A stretch of 64,000 bases of DNA from the NCBI RefSeq assembly GCF_963921235.1, contig NC_086097.1, positions 205,594,001 through 205,658,000 of the forward strand, written 5' to 3'. Shown here piece by piece: positions 47,620-61,600 of the stretch (within the stretch, counting starts at the first letter, position 1; every line of letters begins with the position of its first letter). Source of the DNA: Mobula hypostoma (Eukaryota). Under the pieces are notes generated by a model. It made no database searches, had not been told where the DNA came from, and saw only the letters and a list, made by a program, of their open reading frames with translations. The translations under genes and the position numbers were made by a program.

Positions 47620-50600
47620 ATTTTTTTGTAAATCTTTGCTGGCTTTAGGTGAGGTGCCAGATGGAAGACAACAAATGAGCAATGTTTATTCAAGAAGGGT
47701 TAAGGGAATAAATTTGTCCAGTGCATCTAGCAACAGTAGCAGCAAGGTACTGGGGGGAAAAAAATCAATCCCAACGGATGAATGTAGAGAAGGGCAGGGC
47801 TGTCAGCTCATTGTTCCAGGATACCAGGATACCAATGTTACGGGCATGACAGAGGTATTGATAAGTGAGAAAGACACTGCATTTTTTGATAAGAGGGGAA
47901 TAACTTATCAAATAGCAGTACTTAGAGAGGGCATTGCTGTGGGATTGGCCGGTGAGACTATATAGGTAGAACTTAGGACAAAAAGAGGAGAGTCAATTCT
48001 GTAGGGCTGGGCTAGAACTCCAACTCCCAATAGTCAGTGGAAATTTAAGGAGCAGGTAGAGAGAAATTCATTATAGCAGTAAGAATAATAGGGTTGTATC
48101 AATGGGAAATTTTTATTTCCCCCAATATTAGCAAGTTCATCCAGAAGGCCTGGAAGGGAGTGAACTTGAGAAACGTGTCCAATGACATTTACTGAGACAA
48201 TATATAGAGGGCCTTACGCAGAACAGCCTAATATTGGATCTCCTCTTAAGGAATAAGGCAGGGCATTTAACTGAAGTGACAGATAGGGAGCTCTTTGGCT
48301 CTAGTGACCATAATTCCATTAGTTTTAAGATAATGATAGGAAAAAAATAGGAGAATGGGGTTTCCTTTCCTCCATTGATACTGCCCTCACCTGCATCTTC
48401 TCCATTTCCTGAGCATCTGTGATCTCCCCCTTACGGCCTTATTGGGGATTGAATTCCTCTTGTTCTCAGCTATCACCCTAGAGCCTCCACATCTATCACA
48501 TCATTCTTCACAACTATCACCATCTTCAACGGGATCCTACCACCAAACAGATCTCTAGCTCCCCCCCCCCACTTTCCACAGGGATCGCTCCCTCAGTGAT
48601 TCCTTTGTCCATTCATCCATTCCCACTCATCTCCCTCCTAACACACATTCCTGCAAGCAACAGAAACACTGTACTTTAGCCCATTCACCTCTCCTTACCT
48701 CCAGTCTTTCCAGGTGAGGTAACACTCTACCCCTGAATTAGTTGAGGGCAATTAATACTGTGATGTCAAGAGCCTGGGTGCAGTATATTGCTATTAAGGT
48801 GAAGGGTAATCTTGGCAGATTGAGAGACATTGAGACACTGGTCAAGTAAAAGGAAGCATGTATTCAGTTCAGGATCTCAAGGATGAGTGAATCTCTTGAT
48901 GACTGGGTGCATCCTCAGATTTTCTGAAAAGCTGGAGAAGCAATAGCAAAAAGCCTTGTGCAGATATTTACTCCATTATTTGCCATTGGTGAAGTTCCTG
49001 AAGCCTGGAAGGTGACAAATGCTGTTCCATTGTTCAAGAACGGTAGCAAGGAGGAACCTGAGAACTATAGGCCGGTCAGCCTGATATCAGTTAAGTTACT
49101 GGCAGGAATTCTAATAGACAAGATATACCAGCATTTGGATAGACAGAGTCTGATTAGAGGGAGCCAGGATAGGTTTGTATGTGGGAGATCATGTTTGATG
49201 AACCTTTTAAAATGTTTTTGAAGATATAACTGAAAGGATAAATGAGGATAGTGGATGTTGTCTTGGCATAGAACATAGAACAGTGCGACACGCAACACAG
49301 ATGGAATTTAATGCAGACAAGTGTGAGGTGTTGCACTTTGGAAGGACAAGTTAGGGTAGGACTTACACGATGAGCAGTAGGGCGCGGTGGTGGAGGCGGA
49401 TACAATAGAGTCTTTTAAGAGACTCCTGGACAGGTATATGGAGCTCAGAAAAATAGAGGGCTATAGGTAACCCTTGGTAATTTCTCAAGTAAGGACATAT
49501 TCAGCACAGCTTTGTGGGCTGAAGGGCTTGTATTGTGCTGCAGGTTTTCTATGTTTCTATGAGGCAGGATTTATGAGCATTTGGAGAGACAAAATCTGAT
49601 TAGGGACAGTCAGCAAGGCTTTATCAAGGGCAGGTCATGCCTTACGAATATGATTGAATTCTTTGAAGATGTAACAAAACACACTGATGAAGGTAGAGCA
49701 GTGGATGTAGTGTATATGGATTTCAGTAAGGCATTTGATAAGGTTCCCCATGTGAGACTTATTCAGAAAGTAATGAGGCATGGGATCCAAGGAGACCTTC
49801 CTTTGTGGATCCAAAAGCGGCTTGACCACAGAAGGCAAAGGGTGGTTGTAGATGGCTTGTATTCTGCATGGAGGACTATGGTCAGTGGTGTTCCACAGGG
49901 ATCTGTTCAGGGACCCTTCCTCTTTATGATTTTTATAAATGACCTGGATAAGAAAGTAGAAGGGTGAGTTAGCAAATTTACTGATGCTACAAAAGTTAGG
50001 GGTGTTGTGAATAGTCTGGAGCATTGTCAGATGTTACAGCGGGACACTGATAGGATGCAGAACTGGGCTGAGAAGTGGCAGATGAGTTCAACCCAGACAA
50101 GTGTGAGGTGGTTCATTTTGGGAGGTCAAATTTGAAGAGAGAATGTAAGACTCTTGGCAGTGTGAAGAATCAGAGAGATCTTTGGGTTCATGTCCATAGG
50201 ACACTCAAAGCTGCTGCGTGGGTTGACAGTGTTGTTAAGAAGGCGTATGGTGTGTTGGCCATCATCAACCATGGAATGGAGTTCAAGAGCCGAGAGGTAA
50301 TGTTACAGCTACATAAGACCACACTTGGAGTGCTTTGTTCGGTTCTGGTCACCTCACTACAGGAAGGATGTGGATACCAAAGAGTTCAGAGATTTACAAG
50401 GATGTTGCCTGAATTGGAGTGCATGCTTTATGAGAATAGGTTGAGTGAACTTGGCCTTTTCTGCTTGGAGTGACAGAGGATGAGAGGTGACCTGATAGAG
50501 GTGTATAAGATGATGAGAAGCATTGATCGTGTGGATAGTCAGAGGATTTTTCCCAGGGCTGAAATGGCTAACACAAGGGGGCATGGTTTTAAGGTGCTTA

Positions 50601-53600
50601 GAAGTAGATACAAGAGGGATATCAGAGGTAAGTTTTTCACACAGAGAGTAGGGGGTGTGTGGAATGCATAGCTAGTGAAGGTGGTAGAGGCGGATACAAT
50701 AAGGTCTTTAAGAGAATCTCAGATAGGTACATGGAGCTTAGAAGAATAGAGGGCTATTCAGCAGGGAAATTATAGTCAGCTTCTAGAGTAGGTTACATGG
50801 TTGGTGCAATATTTTGGGCTGAAGAGACCTGTAATGTGCTGTGGATTTTCTATGTGCTATGTTCTAAGCTACGAGCCCACGGTATGACAGGAAAGATTCT
50901 AGCATGGATAAAGCAGTAGCTTATTGGCAGGAGGCAAAGAGTGGGAATAAATGGAGCCTTTTCTGGTTAGCTGCTGGTGAAGAGTGATGCTCCACAAGGG
51001 TCTGTGCTGGGGTCAATTCTTCTTATGATATATGTCAATGATTTGGATAATGGAATTGATAGTTTTGTTGCAAAGTTTGCAGACAATATGAAGGTAGGTA
51101 GAGGGGCACATAGTTTTGAGGAAATAGGGAGGCTACAGAAGGACTTAGCAGATCTGGAGAATGAGCAAAGACATGGTAGAGGGAATACAGTGTTGGGAAG
51201 TGTATGGTCATGCACTTTAGTAGATGAAATGAAAGGGTAGACTGTTTTCTAAATGTAGAGAAAATACAAAAATCTGAGGTGCAAAGGGACTTGGGTGCAG
51301 GATTCTTTGTGCAGGATTCCCTTAAGATTAATTTGCTTGTTAAGTCTGTGGTGAGGAAGGCAAATGCAAATGTTAGCATTCATTTCCGGAGGACTAGAAT
51401 ATGAAAGCAAAGATGTAACGTTGAGACTTTATAAAGCACTGGTGAGGCCTCACTTGGAATATTATGAGCAGTTTTGGGCCCCTCATCTTAAAAAGGACGT
51501 GCTGAAACTGGAGAGGGTTCAAAGAAGGTTCATGAAAATGATTCCAGGATTATCATATGATGACTGTTTGATGGCTCTGGGCCTGCATTCACTAGAATCC
51601 AGAAGAGGGGTGAGGTGACCTCAGTGAATCCTATCTAATGGTGAAAGACTTGATAGACTGGACATGGCGAATATGTTTCCTATGGTGGGGGAGTCCAAGA
51701 TCAGAGGACAAAGTCTCAGAATATAGGGGCATTCTTTTAGAACAGAGATGAATAGGAATTCCTTTAGGCAGAAGAGTGAATCTCTGGAATTCAGTGCCAC
51801 AAACAGCTGTGGAAGCCAAGTATTTATCTATATTTAAGGCAGATGGGGATAGTTTCTTGATTAGTCATGGCACGGGGGGGGGGGCGGCGGGGGAAGCAGG
51901 AAATTGGGACTGAGAGGAAAAAATGGATCAGCCATGATGAAATGGCGGAGCAGATTCGTTTGGCCAAATAACCTAATTCTGCTTCTATATCTTACGGTCT
52001 TATTGAGTGCAGGAGTTGGGATGTTATGTTGAACTTGTATAGATGCTGATGAGGCCTAACTTGAAGTGTGGTGTGCAGTGTTAGACACCCATGTACAGGA
52101 CAGATATCAATAAGATTGAAAGAGTGCAGAAAAAATTTACAAGGATGTTGCCAGGACTTGAGGACCTGAGTTATAGGGAAAGGTTGAATAGCTGAAGACT
52201 TTGTTCCGTACAGCAATAAATAACAAGAGGAGATTTCATTGGAGTATACAAAATTTTGAGGGGTGTAGATAGGGTTAATGCAAGCATGTTTTTTCCATTG
52301 AAGTTGAGTAATACTAGAACTACAGGTCATTGGTTTATGAAGAATGATGAAATGTTTTAGGGGAACATGAGGAGGAAATTCTTCACTTAGAGGGTGGTGA
52401 CAGTGTGGAATGAGCTGCCAGTGGAAGTGGTGGATGAAGGTTTGATTATAATTTTTAAGAGACATTTGGATAGGGACATAGATAGGAGGGCTATGGAGGG
52501 TTACAGTCCTGTTGCAAGTCGATGGGACTAGGAAGATTAATATTTGGGCATAGATTAGATGGGCTGAAGGACCTTTATCTTCAGCTGTAGTGTTCATTGG
52601 CTATATAAAAGCATAAACAGAAGAGATTCTGCAGATGTTATATATCCAGTGTGGTGTGCAGGGGGTGGTGGGGAACTCAGCAGGTTGGACAGCATCTGTG
52701 AAAAGAGGTAGGCAGTCAACATCTCAGGCCACGACCCTTCATCAGGATGAGAAAGGAAAGGGGAAGAAGCCAGAATAAGGAGGTGAGGGGAGTACAAATT
52801 GTCAGCTGACAGGTAAGACCAGGTGACGGGGAAGGAGGGTGGGTGGGTGGGTGATGGGTGGGTGTGAAGTAGGAAGCTGGGACTTGTAGAGATATAGGCA
52901 GCAGGTAGGAAGTTGGCACTAGCTGGATGGACAATGTGGTTGGCATGAAGAGCCTGCATCAGCTTGTATTTCTCTATGACTCTACATTTAGAAAGAAAAG
53001 GATTATCAAAGACAATAAGCATGGATTGTTAGGGGGAGATCTTGTCTGAACAATTTGACTTTTTCTAAGGGGTAAAAAATTGTGTTGACAAGAACAATGC
53101 AGTAGATGAGGTCTACATATACTTCAGTCAGGCTTTTGATGAGGTATCACATAGGAGACAGGTCCAAAAAGTTATTGTTCATAGAATCCAAAGAAAGCTG
53201 GAAGGCTGGACTCAAAATTAGTTTAATGATAGAGTGGTGGTGGAGGTTTGATTTGGGGTTGGAAGTCTGTGACCATTGATACATTACAGGAATCAGCAAC
53301 AAGGAAAGTTACTGTTTGTCATATACATTAACTACTGAGCTGCAAGTGCAAGCAACTTGATGAGAAACCTTGTACATTGCAGGAAAATCATTGTTATTGA
53401 TAAAAGTTAAGGGAAAAATTGTACAGGATGATAATGATCAGTTGGTAAAACAGGCAGAGAAATAGAAGACGGTGATGTGTTCTTGGGAGGACTAATAAGA
53501 ATAGTCAATACACAGTGAATGATAAGGCCCCTGAGAGTATTGAGGAATATAGATACTTCAGTGTACAGCTCCAAGGATCTCAGAAGGTGACAGCACTGGT

Positions 53601-53750
53601 AGATATTGTGGTGAAAAGTGCCCAAAGAAAGCATGCCTTCCTTACCAGTACACGGAATATAAAGGCATAGGTTCCATATAGTTTTATAAAACATTGTTTA
53701 GGCCACTCTTGGAGTATTGTACGCATTTCTGGTCCACAAAATAGTTGACG
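47620..53750 (+). mobile_element. Cluster of stacked, decayed CR1 fragments with PLE pieces at ~48350-48735 (+) and 52612-52910 (-)
   Basis: Repeated CR1 RT motifs ([36 protein letters not shown]). Several 3' tails near 49555, 50860, 52000 and 52590. Confidence 0.82.
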
Positions 53751-54039
53751 CTTTCTCTTGCTTAATTACTAAAGCAGCTAGAATACAATCTTCTGTATGA
53801 GTTTGTCTGTTATGATGAGTTACTCCCACAGATGGGAATATTTTCTTTGGATTTACCAGAGTTGCGGTTGGTGTAGGTTATGGATCAAGTGTTGGGGTTG
53901 GTGCAGGTGAGTGTAGATAGCATGGACATAACGGGCTGAAGGGCCTGATCTATGCTGTATGAATTTTATGACTATGACTCCAGAACATACAGCCCCAGCT
54001 AAAAAATAGATTTGAAGGCTGTGTGAGAAGCAATACAGA

Positions 54040-54680
54040 GTATACTGATTGCTAAGTGTCACTCTTTCACCATCGATGACAAAATCTGGCCCCCCATGAA
54101 CTTTTTGGCTGCTTGCTTGAAATGGTTGTCCCATGTAAAGGGAAGAGTGATGGACATAATAATCTATTTCTTCCTCTTTCAATCATTTTCAGGCATTCAT
54201 AACAAAAGACTGCCATATGAAGTGCCAAATTCCAGTCTGACTCCACAGGATATGTTGGGTAATGGTTGATATGAAAGAAATGTGCAAACCCCCACAGGAA
54301 TGTGAAGATTGAAGCTTCACTCATTATCTGTGATGAGAACAGTCAAATCATGTGTAAAGGGCTGCAATTTCCTTTTCAGCTTGACTTGCTGTTGGTGTAA
54401 GATTGAGGCAATATAATGGAGGTTTGGAGTAGGAAAACCCATCAGGAAAGAGAAAGTTCATCCTCTCCCTTATCTAACACTGATAAATTCAAATGATCAT
54501 CAGTTACATTGACAGACTCTGTAAAGTTGTCCTTGGCCAACTCTGAGGTTAGAATTGTGCAGAAGCACATGACATATTTCATTTTACATGTCCTTGTTGT
54601 CACTTCATGCCTTGTACCCCATTGAGGTTGACGCAAGACACTTGATGCGAGGGACAAGGCATTTTGTAGAGAACTGACCT
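54040..54680 (-). mobile_element. Possible ancient RTE-clade LINE RT remnant
   Basis: Faint RTE-like peptide traces on the minus strand (EVTTR..K..., TDDHLNLS, VESDWNLA, LFPLHG). Heavily degraded. Confidence 0.4.
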
Positions 54681-56529
54681 CTTATTTCTACCCCCTTCTT
54701 GCAGCTTGCCCTATTCTTTGCCTTTGGATTAACCTTGCTGTCATGCTACACCCCAAAGGAAATTATACTGATTTCCCTTCTGTGGCAGTAACTAATTATA
54801 ACTGATAAACTTAACCAGGAAGCAAATGCATGCAATTAAGAATTCTTTGAAATATCTGTGCTCCTTCCTTGTGCACAATACTTCCAATACACTGGAGCAC
54901 AGGGTTCTAATTGTTAATACCCACAGCTGGCGTTGTGACCTGCATATTTTGCATATTCAATTTGCAGCAGCTAACACACTTTGCAATATAGCAATTGTGA
55001 TAATTTTGTGATATAAGCTTCCATGCATCATCATCATAATGCAACAAATTTAATGCCCATAACTCCCAAATAAAGCATATTGGACGGCTGAATTTTGTTT
55101 CCTGAACCTACTCTATCAAATACTTCTAGCACTTTAAACAATTAAATTAGTTCAAACCTTTTAATATGAATGCAGCTGTTTTATAAAAAGATGGAAATAT
55201 GTAGAAGACCAGGCAGTATTCATGGAGGGGGAAAAAATAGAGGTAGTACTTTTGGTTGATGTCGAAGGCTCACTATGGCTGAAGCACTATATTTTGTATC
55301 ACAGCATGTATGTGCCAGCTTCATTGATTTATTTCTGTTTGCTTGTTTTTTTAGAAACTTAAATCCCAATTCACTTGACTCCTACAGTGTTCCTAGTTTC
55401 TCAAGATTTGAAGAACATTTTCATGGGTCAATTGATGATGATATTATCATTTTCTACGCTTCTTCAATGTACTCAATTGACACATTCACTTACCAAATTC
55501 CTGTTTCATTAGAATTACTTATTTTGCTAATTCAGAGAAATCTGTAAATTGTCTCATCTAAATCTGTATTTTCCTTCTATATTAATCAATCCTGTCAAAC
55601 ACTACTTAACATACCCCGACAAATTGATTACATTGTCTATATTCCCATTTTTCACTTCCCTTTCAAGAAACTACCTCCAATCTGCTTGATCAGATTGTGC
55701 CAATAATCTTTATTTTGGAACATATATGGAAAGAATTTAGGAAATGTATATAAAAAACATTCCTCAATACTTCATTTTCTTGTGACTACCTCAAACATTC
55801 AGCTAGATTAGTCAGACAGGACTTGCCTTTAACAAACTTAAGTGGAATCTCTCTCACTAGCTCATATACCAAATAAGGAGATGAGTTCGTGGTCTCTAGC
55901 AAATTTTCCTCCATTCCTCAGCTTATATCTAGTCTCTGCAACTGTTGCATGCTATTGGCACTCAGACCAGGATGTTGATGAAAGTGTCCCTAAGATTTCT
56001 TAATGGGAAAATAAAACCTAATATTAATTTTAAAACCTTCAAAAAACTTTCTTTTGGTGCGATTAGTATTTAGCCCACAGCAAGGTTGATAGATCCAGGA
56101 GTTTTTTTTCCCCAAATCCATGCTCTGCTGAACCGTAATATTTGCAACCTTTTCTGGTGCTCAAAATTAATGGTTCAGAGTCAAAGCTGAAAACAGCCAT
56201 AAGACTGTCAAGGTATTTAACTCCTGCCAAATATATAGGATGTTCTCAGGTGAATACAGTTCAGCTTATATAACTGAATGCATTCTGAGCAACTGCCTTC
56301 ATATACTTTATATGGCACCACACATATTACTTATTTTTAAACAAATACATCATTGATGTCTGCTGCTTTTATAAAATGACTCCCTATTTCTCACTTCTCA
56401 AGTGAAATGGACTGGAAAGTTAGCAAAGTCTTTGTTTGTTATCCTAAAGGTTATAGGTCATGACACCTGTGATAAGAAAGAGCAAAAAGCACACAGCTGA
56501 AGGAACTTAATGAGCCAAGCAGCATCTAT

Positions 56530-56938
56530 TCGTAAGGCCAGTGATGTTGTGGGGATGGAACTGGACTCTCTCACGGTGGTGTCTGAAAGAGGATGCTGTC
56601 CAAGTTGCATGCCATCTTGGACAATGTCTCCCATCCACTACATAATGTACTGGTTGGGCACAGGAGTACATTCAGCCAGAGACTCATTCCACAGAGATGC
56701 AACACAGAGCGTCATAGGAAGTCATTCCTGCCTGTGGCCATCAAACTTTACAACTCCTCCCTTGGAGGGTCAGACACCCTGAGCCAATAGGCTGGTCCTG
56801 GACTTATTTCCTGGCATAATTTACATATTACTATTTAACTATTAATGGTTTTATTACTATTTAATTATTTATGGTGCAACTATAACGAAAACCAATTTCC
56901 CCCGGGATCAATAACGTATGACTATGACTATGACTATG
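56530..56938 (+). mobile_element. Rex1-clade 3' fragment inserted in an old PLE terminal-repeat remnant
   Basis: ILDNVSHPLH...CNTERHRKSFLPVAIKLYN C-terminus and (ACTATG)n tail. Confidence 0.82.
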
Positions 56939-57134
56939 GGGGGCAGAGAATATGTGGATATTTATGCTTCAAACCCTACATCCATTCTGAATTGTTGGTT
57001 GTTGGTTGCTATAACCTAAAACTGAGTGACATTATGGCACAACAGTCTATGCTCCTGCACCTTTAGAGAGATATATAGACACATAAACTATTTATGATAT
57101 ACTTTTTTTGTAAAGAGACTGGAACTCTTTTTTC

Positions 57135-57236
57135 CCTCCAGTCCTAATGAAGGGTCTCGGTCCAAAACATCAACTGTACTTTTTTCCATAGATGCCTTGC
57201 CTGCTGAGTCCCTCCAGCATTCTGAGTGTGTTGCTG
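57135..57236 (+). mobile_element. Degraded PLE terminal-repeat mini-copy
   Basis: CAGTCCTAATGAAGGGTCTCGGTCCAAAACATCAACTG followed by ...GCCTGCTGAGTCCCTCCAGCATT. Confidence 0.7.
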
Positions 57237-59919
57237 ACATAACTAGCACAGTCTGCTTGCATTCAGATCATCCACACTGCAGTTAGTTGGATAGAAGCAA
57301 AAATTATCTGCGGCTATTTACGCAAGCTATCTGATGTAAATATATAAGGAAGTTTATATAACTAATTAGTAACTTGATTAAGATTATGTTTTCCAAGCTT
57401 GGTGAACTGTGAAACTTCTTGCTCTCAACTGGTAATAACTACAAGTACAGTACTTGCGAAATATTTGAGAATGTTTTAATGCACTTAAGTATAAAATTCA
57501 TATTAACACAACTTGTGGCATCTTAAGATAAATATTAGGACAAGGGAAAGATTAATGTAGCAAATGCATGATCAGAAAGAACTTTACCATGTGAAATGTC
57601 TGATGATGATACAGGCAAAACTATATTTCATTTTATAAATTCATATTGTAGGTGGAGTGGATGGTTTCTGAGTTGGATTCTATAGAAATTAGAGTACAAT
57701 TAAGTTATTCTATAACTTATAGTGACCATATAGTCCAAGATAAAAGATATTGCCAGCCATTAGACCAGCATCTAATATCTACAGTTACAACCACAGAGGC
57801 AGTAGGAAGACTACCGCCAGCTGGCTGGAGCATTGGTCATTGACTTCAGGTCAGCATGTAAAATGATAATTTAGATCAGTTTGATTGGTGGTCAACAGTA
57901 GTCTCCTCTTCCTCCGTGCTCCAGGTAAAAGCAAGCATTATTTTCTGTAAGAACTTTCTATCATAGTGGTTGCTGCAGGGTTTGGTGCAACTTTTTTAAA
58001 AAATGCCCGGAATCATCATGTTCACAGCAGTCACAGTAAGCTAATTACTCTTTTCAGTGTTAGTCACCCAAGAAATGATTTCAGTCTGGTTTAGGAAGCA
58101 GCCTGTGATGTTGTTACAGTGGCCTATCTAAGTCAGTTAGTCATCCATTCAATATATGAGAAATTACCCTTGTAAGTCAGCATTACCGCAATTATTTTCT
58201 ATCTGACAAACAGGCAAAATGAAGTCCAATTTACTGTTTGAGTCCTGTGGCTAAGCTGCTTCAGGAAAATTTCTCAAATAACAATGCTGGCCACTTAAAG
58301 AGAGATTCAATTTTTCAATGTTAAGTCACTAACTTTGCTGGATTGCTGATTTTTCTCTGTGTTTAACTTATAGCATTTGTCAGCTGTTTCCTATTATTTC
58401 TGTCAGAAGTCCATGATGATTTACTTAGGCCTCCTAGGTTGTCATATCATTTTTCTTGTTAGCATGCAGTATAAATTCTTTCAGAGAAAGTTTAAAGGCC
58501 ACTCACTGACATAATTTTAATGTATAATGAAAACCGGAGGAATGATTTATACAGGCATTTGTTTTAGTAAAGGCATTGTTTACCCATAATTCAACAGTAA
58601 CATCGCCTTGCTAAGAAAATACATATGAAGTTCTGCAGTCAGAAGAATAAGAAACAGCTGAAGAAGATTCACTAGAATTAAATGGTGAAGGGGTGGGTGG
58701 GGGGGGCAAGAAAAAAAACAATGGTTACAAAGAATCAACTCAATCTTTGGTTTAGCTATTTTTAAAATTTTATCATTAGTGATACAATTCTTATTTGTAG
58801 CAACTTTAAATCCTGTATGTTTTAACATGTAACTGCTGTTTTAAGTGGAAGTGGACAATATTATGCTTCAAAGTTGCTACAAATAAGAATTTTATCACTA
58901 ATGAGTCTTGTGAAAGTGAAACTATGGGTCAGATTATTCTTGTTACAGTTGGATTGAGAACTTTCCAAATCTGTTTCATTTACATTTGAATTTTTGGTAT
59001 TTTCCAAGCCACAGGATTAATGAAGCGCACAGAGGCCTGAAAAACCTGTTTTTAGAACTAGAATGAACATTTAATGTTTGAATTGCTATCAATTTTTTTT
59101 TGACAGGAACTTAATTTCTGACTTGGATATCAAGAAATATTTTTATAACTTTCAGATTATTTTGACTACTGGAGAGAAGTTTGTTGCTTACACATCTAAA
59201 ATTTTCATTTATGAAATTAATACGCATAAAAGACTGAATTACAATTCTGGGAAGTAACTAGCCAAGTCTGTATGGTAGAGTCTAGTCTGGTGGTAGAACC
59301 TCATTTTGCACTTGTGTAGGAACTTTGGCAAATGAAAACATGCCAAAAGTATTTCAGAACAAAGCAAGGAAAACTTGATACTGAGCTTGGCCAAAAAGAT
59401 AGATTTCAAAGAGCGTAGATATGGAAAAGATGATGTGAATTACAGAGTCACTTCCAGAAATAAGGAGCTGAACAGCATAAAACTCAGTGGCCAAAGATAC
59501 AATAGTTGAAACATGAGAAGCAAAAGGCAAGATGAGAATTTTAAACTTGTGCTTTTTCCAGAGAAATGCCCAAATTTTCTCTTGGATTTTAAGGAAACAG
59601 AAATTTCTCGGAGTTAGATATGACGAAAGGACTTTAAATTACTTTTAATAAATAAAGAATTGAAGGATTTAGGGAATCCAGTTGGCAAAAGGTTTGAATA
59701 ATCACCATTAGAGTCAAGTACTAAATAAGTGTTACCATAAACAACTGTAGAACAAGTGTAAGGATGTCTTATGGAGATAGTAAGGATCTTTGTGAAACCA
59801 TATGAATTATTATGTGGTACTTGTATCCCTATCTTCAAGGAATAATGCACTTGTCCAAGAGGTAATGCAACAAAAATTCAATGGAATAATCTTTGGAATT
59901 AGGAATTGCCCTGTGGAGA

Positions 59920-61600
59920 TTGACAGATCCCCCATTATCTGGTTCTCAGTGACTACCAGCTGAACTGGATCAGTCACATAAGTACCACTGCCTCAGGAGC
60001 AGGTCAGATGTTAGGTATCTTGCAGCAGGTGATTACCTCCTGACACCTCAAGATCTTTCCACAATCCTCAAATCAGGAGTATGATGGGATACTCTCTACT
60101 TTGGCTCTTGAGAGCAACAGCAACAATTCTTAAGAAACTCAACAACATGAAGCAATCCGACTATGATCAGTCATGCACCACAAGGATCGGTGCAGGACCC
60201 ATTGTTGTTTGTCATATGGTTTAAGGATTCGAGCAAGAATCCAGCTGGCATGATTACTAAAATTACGTTATACCAAAATTGGTGGCGTGACAAAGAATGT
60301 AGGTGGTTGTCTAAGGTTATAATAGGATTGAGATTAACTGGGAAAGTGGCCAAAGCAAAGAAAGATGAAATTTAACTCAGACAAGTACAAAGCAGTGCAT
60401 TTTGGGAAGTCAAAACAGAGTAGGACATACACAGTGAATGGGAGCACCATGGGGTGTGGTATAGAAAAGAGAGACCTAGGTAGAGAAGTACATAGTTACC
60501 TGAAAGTAGTGACACAGGTAGACAAACCAGAGAAGAAGGTGTCTGACATGTTTGTTTTCATCAGATGGGGTAATAAGTACAAGAGTTGGGATACTGGTGA
60601 GACTGCACCTGGAATACTGTGACCAGCTCTGGTTGTCCTACTATAGAAGGATTGTACTTAAGCTGGAGAGGATACAGAAGGGATTCACAAGGATGTTGTC
60701 AGGACTGGTGGGCGAGAATTATCAGGAGTAACTGCATGGGCTGTGACTGCTGTTCCTGGAGTGAAGACGCTAAGGGGTGATTTTACAGAGCTATATTAAA
60801 TCATGAAGGGTAAACATTAGGTTACAATCTTTTTCATAAGGTAGGGGAGTCTAAAGCTAGATTGCATAGGTTCAAAGTAAGATGCAATATTATAAAAGGA
60901 ACCTGAAGAGTAAGATTTTCCACACAAAGGGTGGGGTCCTAAGGAGCGAGCTGCCAGAGGAAGTGAGAGAGGTCACTACGATTACAATGTTTAGAGATAC
61001 TCAACATCAATGGAAAACATGGAGTGAAAAATCTGGGGGGTGGGGATATGGGCCCTCTAAATGCAGGCAATTTGGATTTGCAGAGAAGATCATCTTGGTT
61101 GGCACGGATGAGTTGGGCCAAAGGGCCTGTCCCATGCTCTACAACTCTATCACTGACCAACTGGCTGGAGTGTTCAGGGACATCTTCAGTTTCTTTCTTC
61201 TGCACTGAAGTTCCCATCCACTTCAAAATGGCATTGATTCATTATGTTTTTGCACACACACCAAGTTATGTGTTATTAATGCTAATCTATGTTTGTCTTT
61301 GTCTTGTAATGTACTGTGCTCCTGCTGCAGAAAGCTAATGTTCATGGCATTTATACCTCACATATGTATAGCTATGACAACAATAAAATTAAACTGTGAC
61401 TATATGACATTGATTGACACCCCATCAATCAACCCAAACATTCATTCACCCTTGCCTGGCAGTTGCAATGTATGCTACTGACAGAATGAACTGCAATTAC
61501 TTGACCAGTACCTCTTAAACTCATGGCCTCTACCAAGATGTGCAAGAGTAGCAGGGGCAAGGGAGACCAGCACTCGTAGCGTAGCTTACTGTCCAGGTCA
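59920..61600 (+). mobile_element. Nest of old LINE remnants (outer LINE, CR1 at ~60160-61150, Rex1 piece at ~61150-61408)
   Basis: PQGSVQDPLLF, MKFNSDKYKAVHFG, TDQLAGVFRDIF motifs. Confidence 0.6.

Noticed and set aside
138..57236. Other hammerhead-like traces at ~140, ~10855, ~17570, ~20825, ~21100, ~22657, ~52715 and ~57140 as functional ribozymes
   Set aside because: Core CUGAnGA/GAAA bases or stems are mutated, so they are counted as PLE fossils only.
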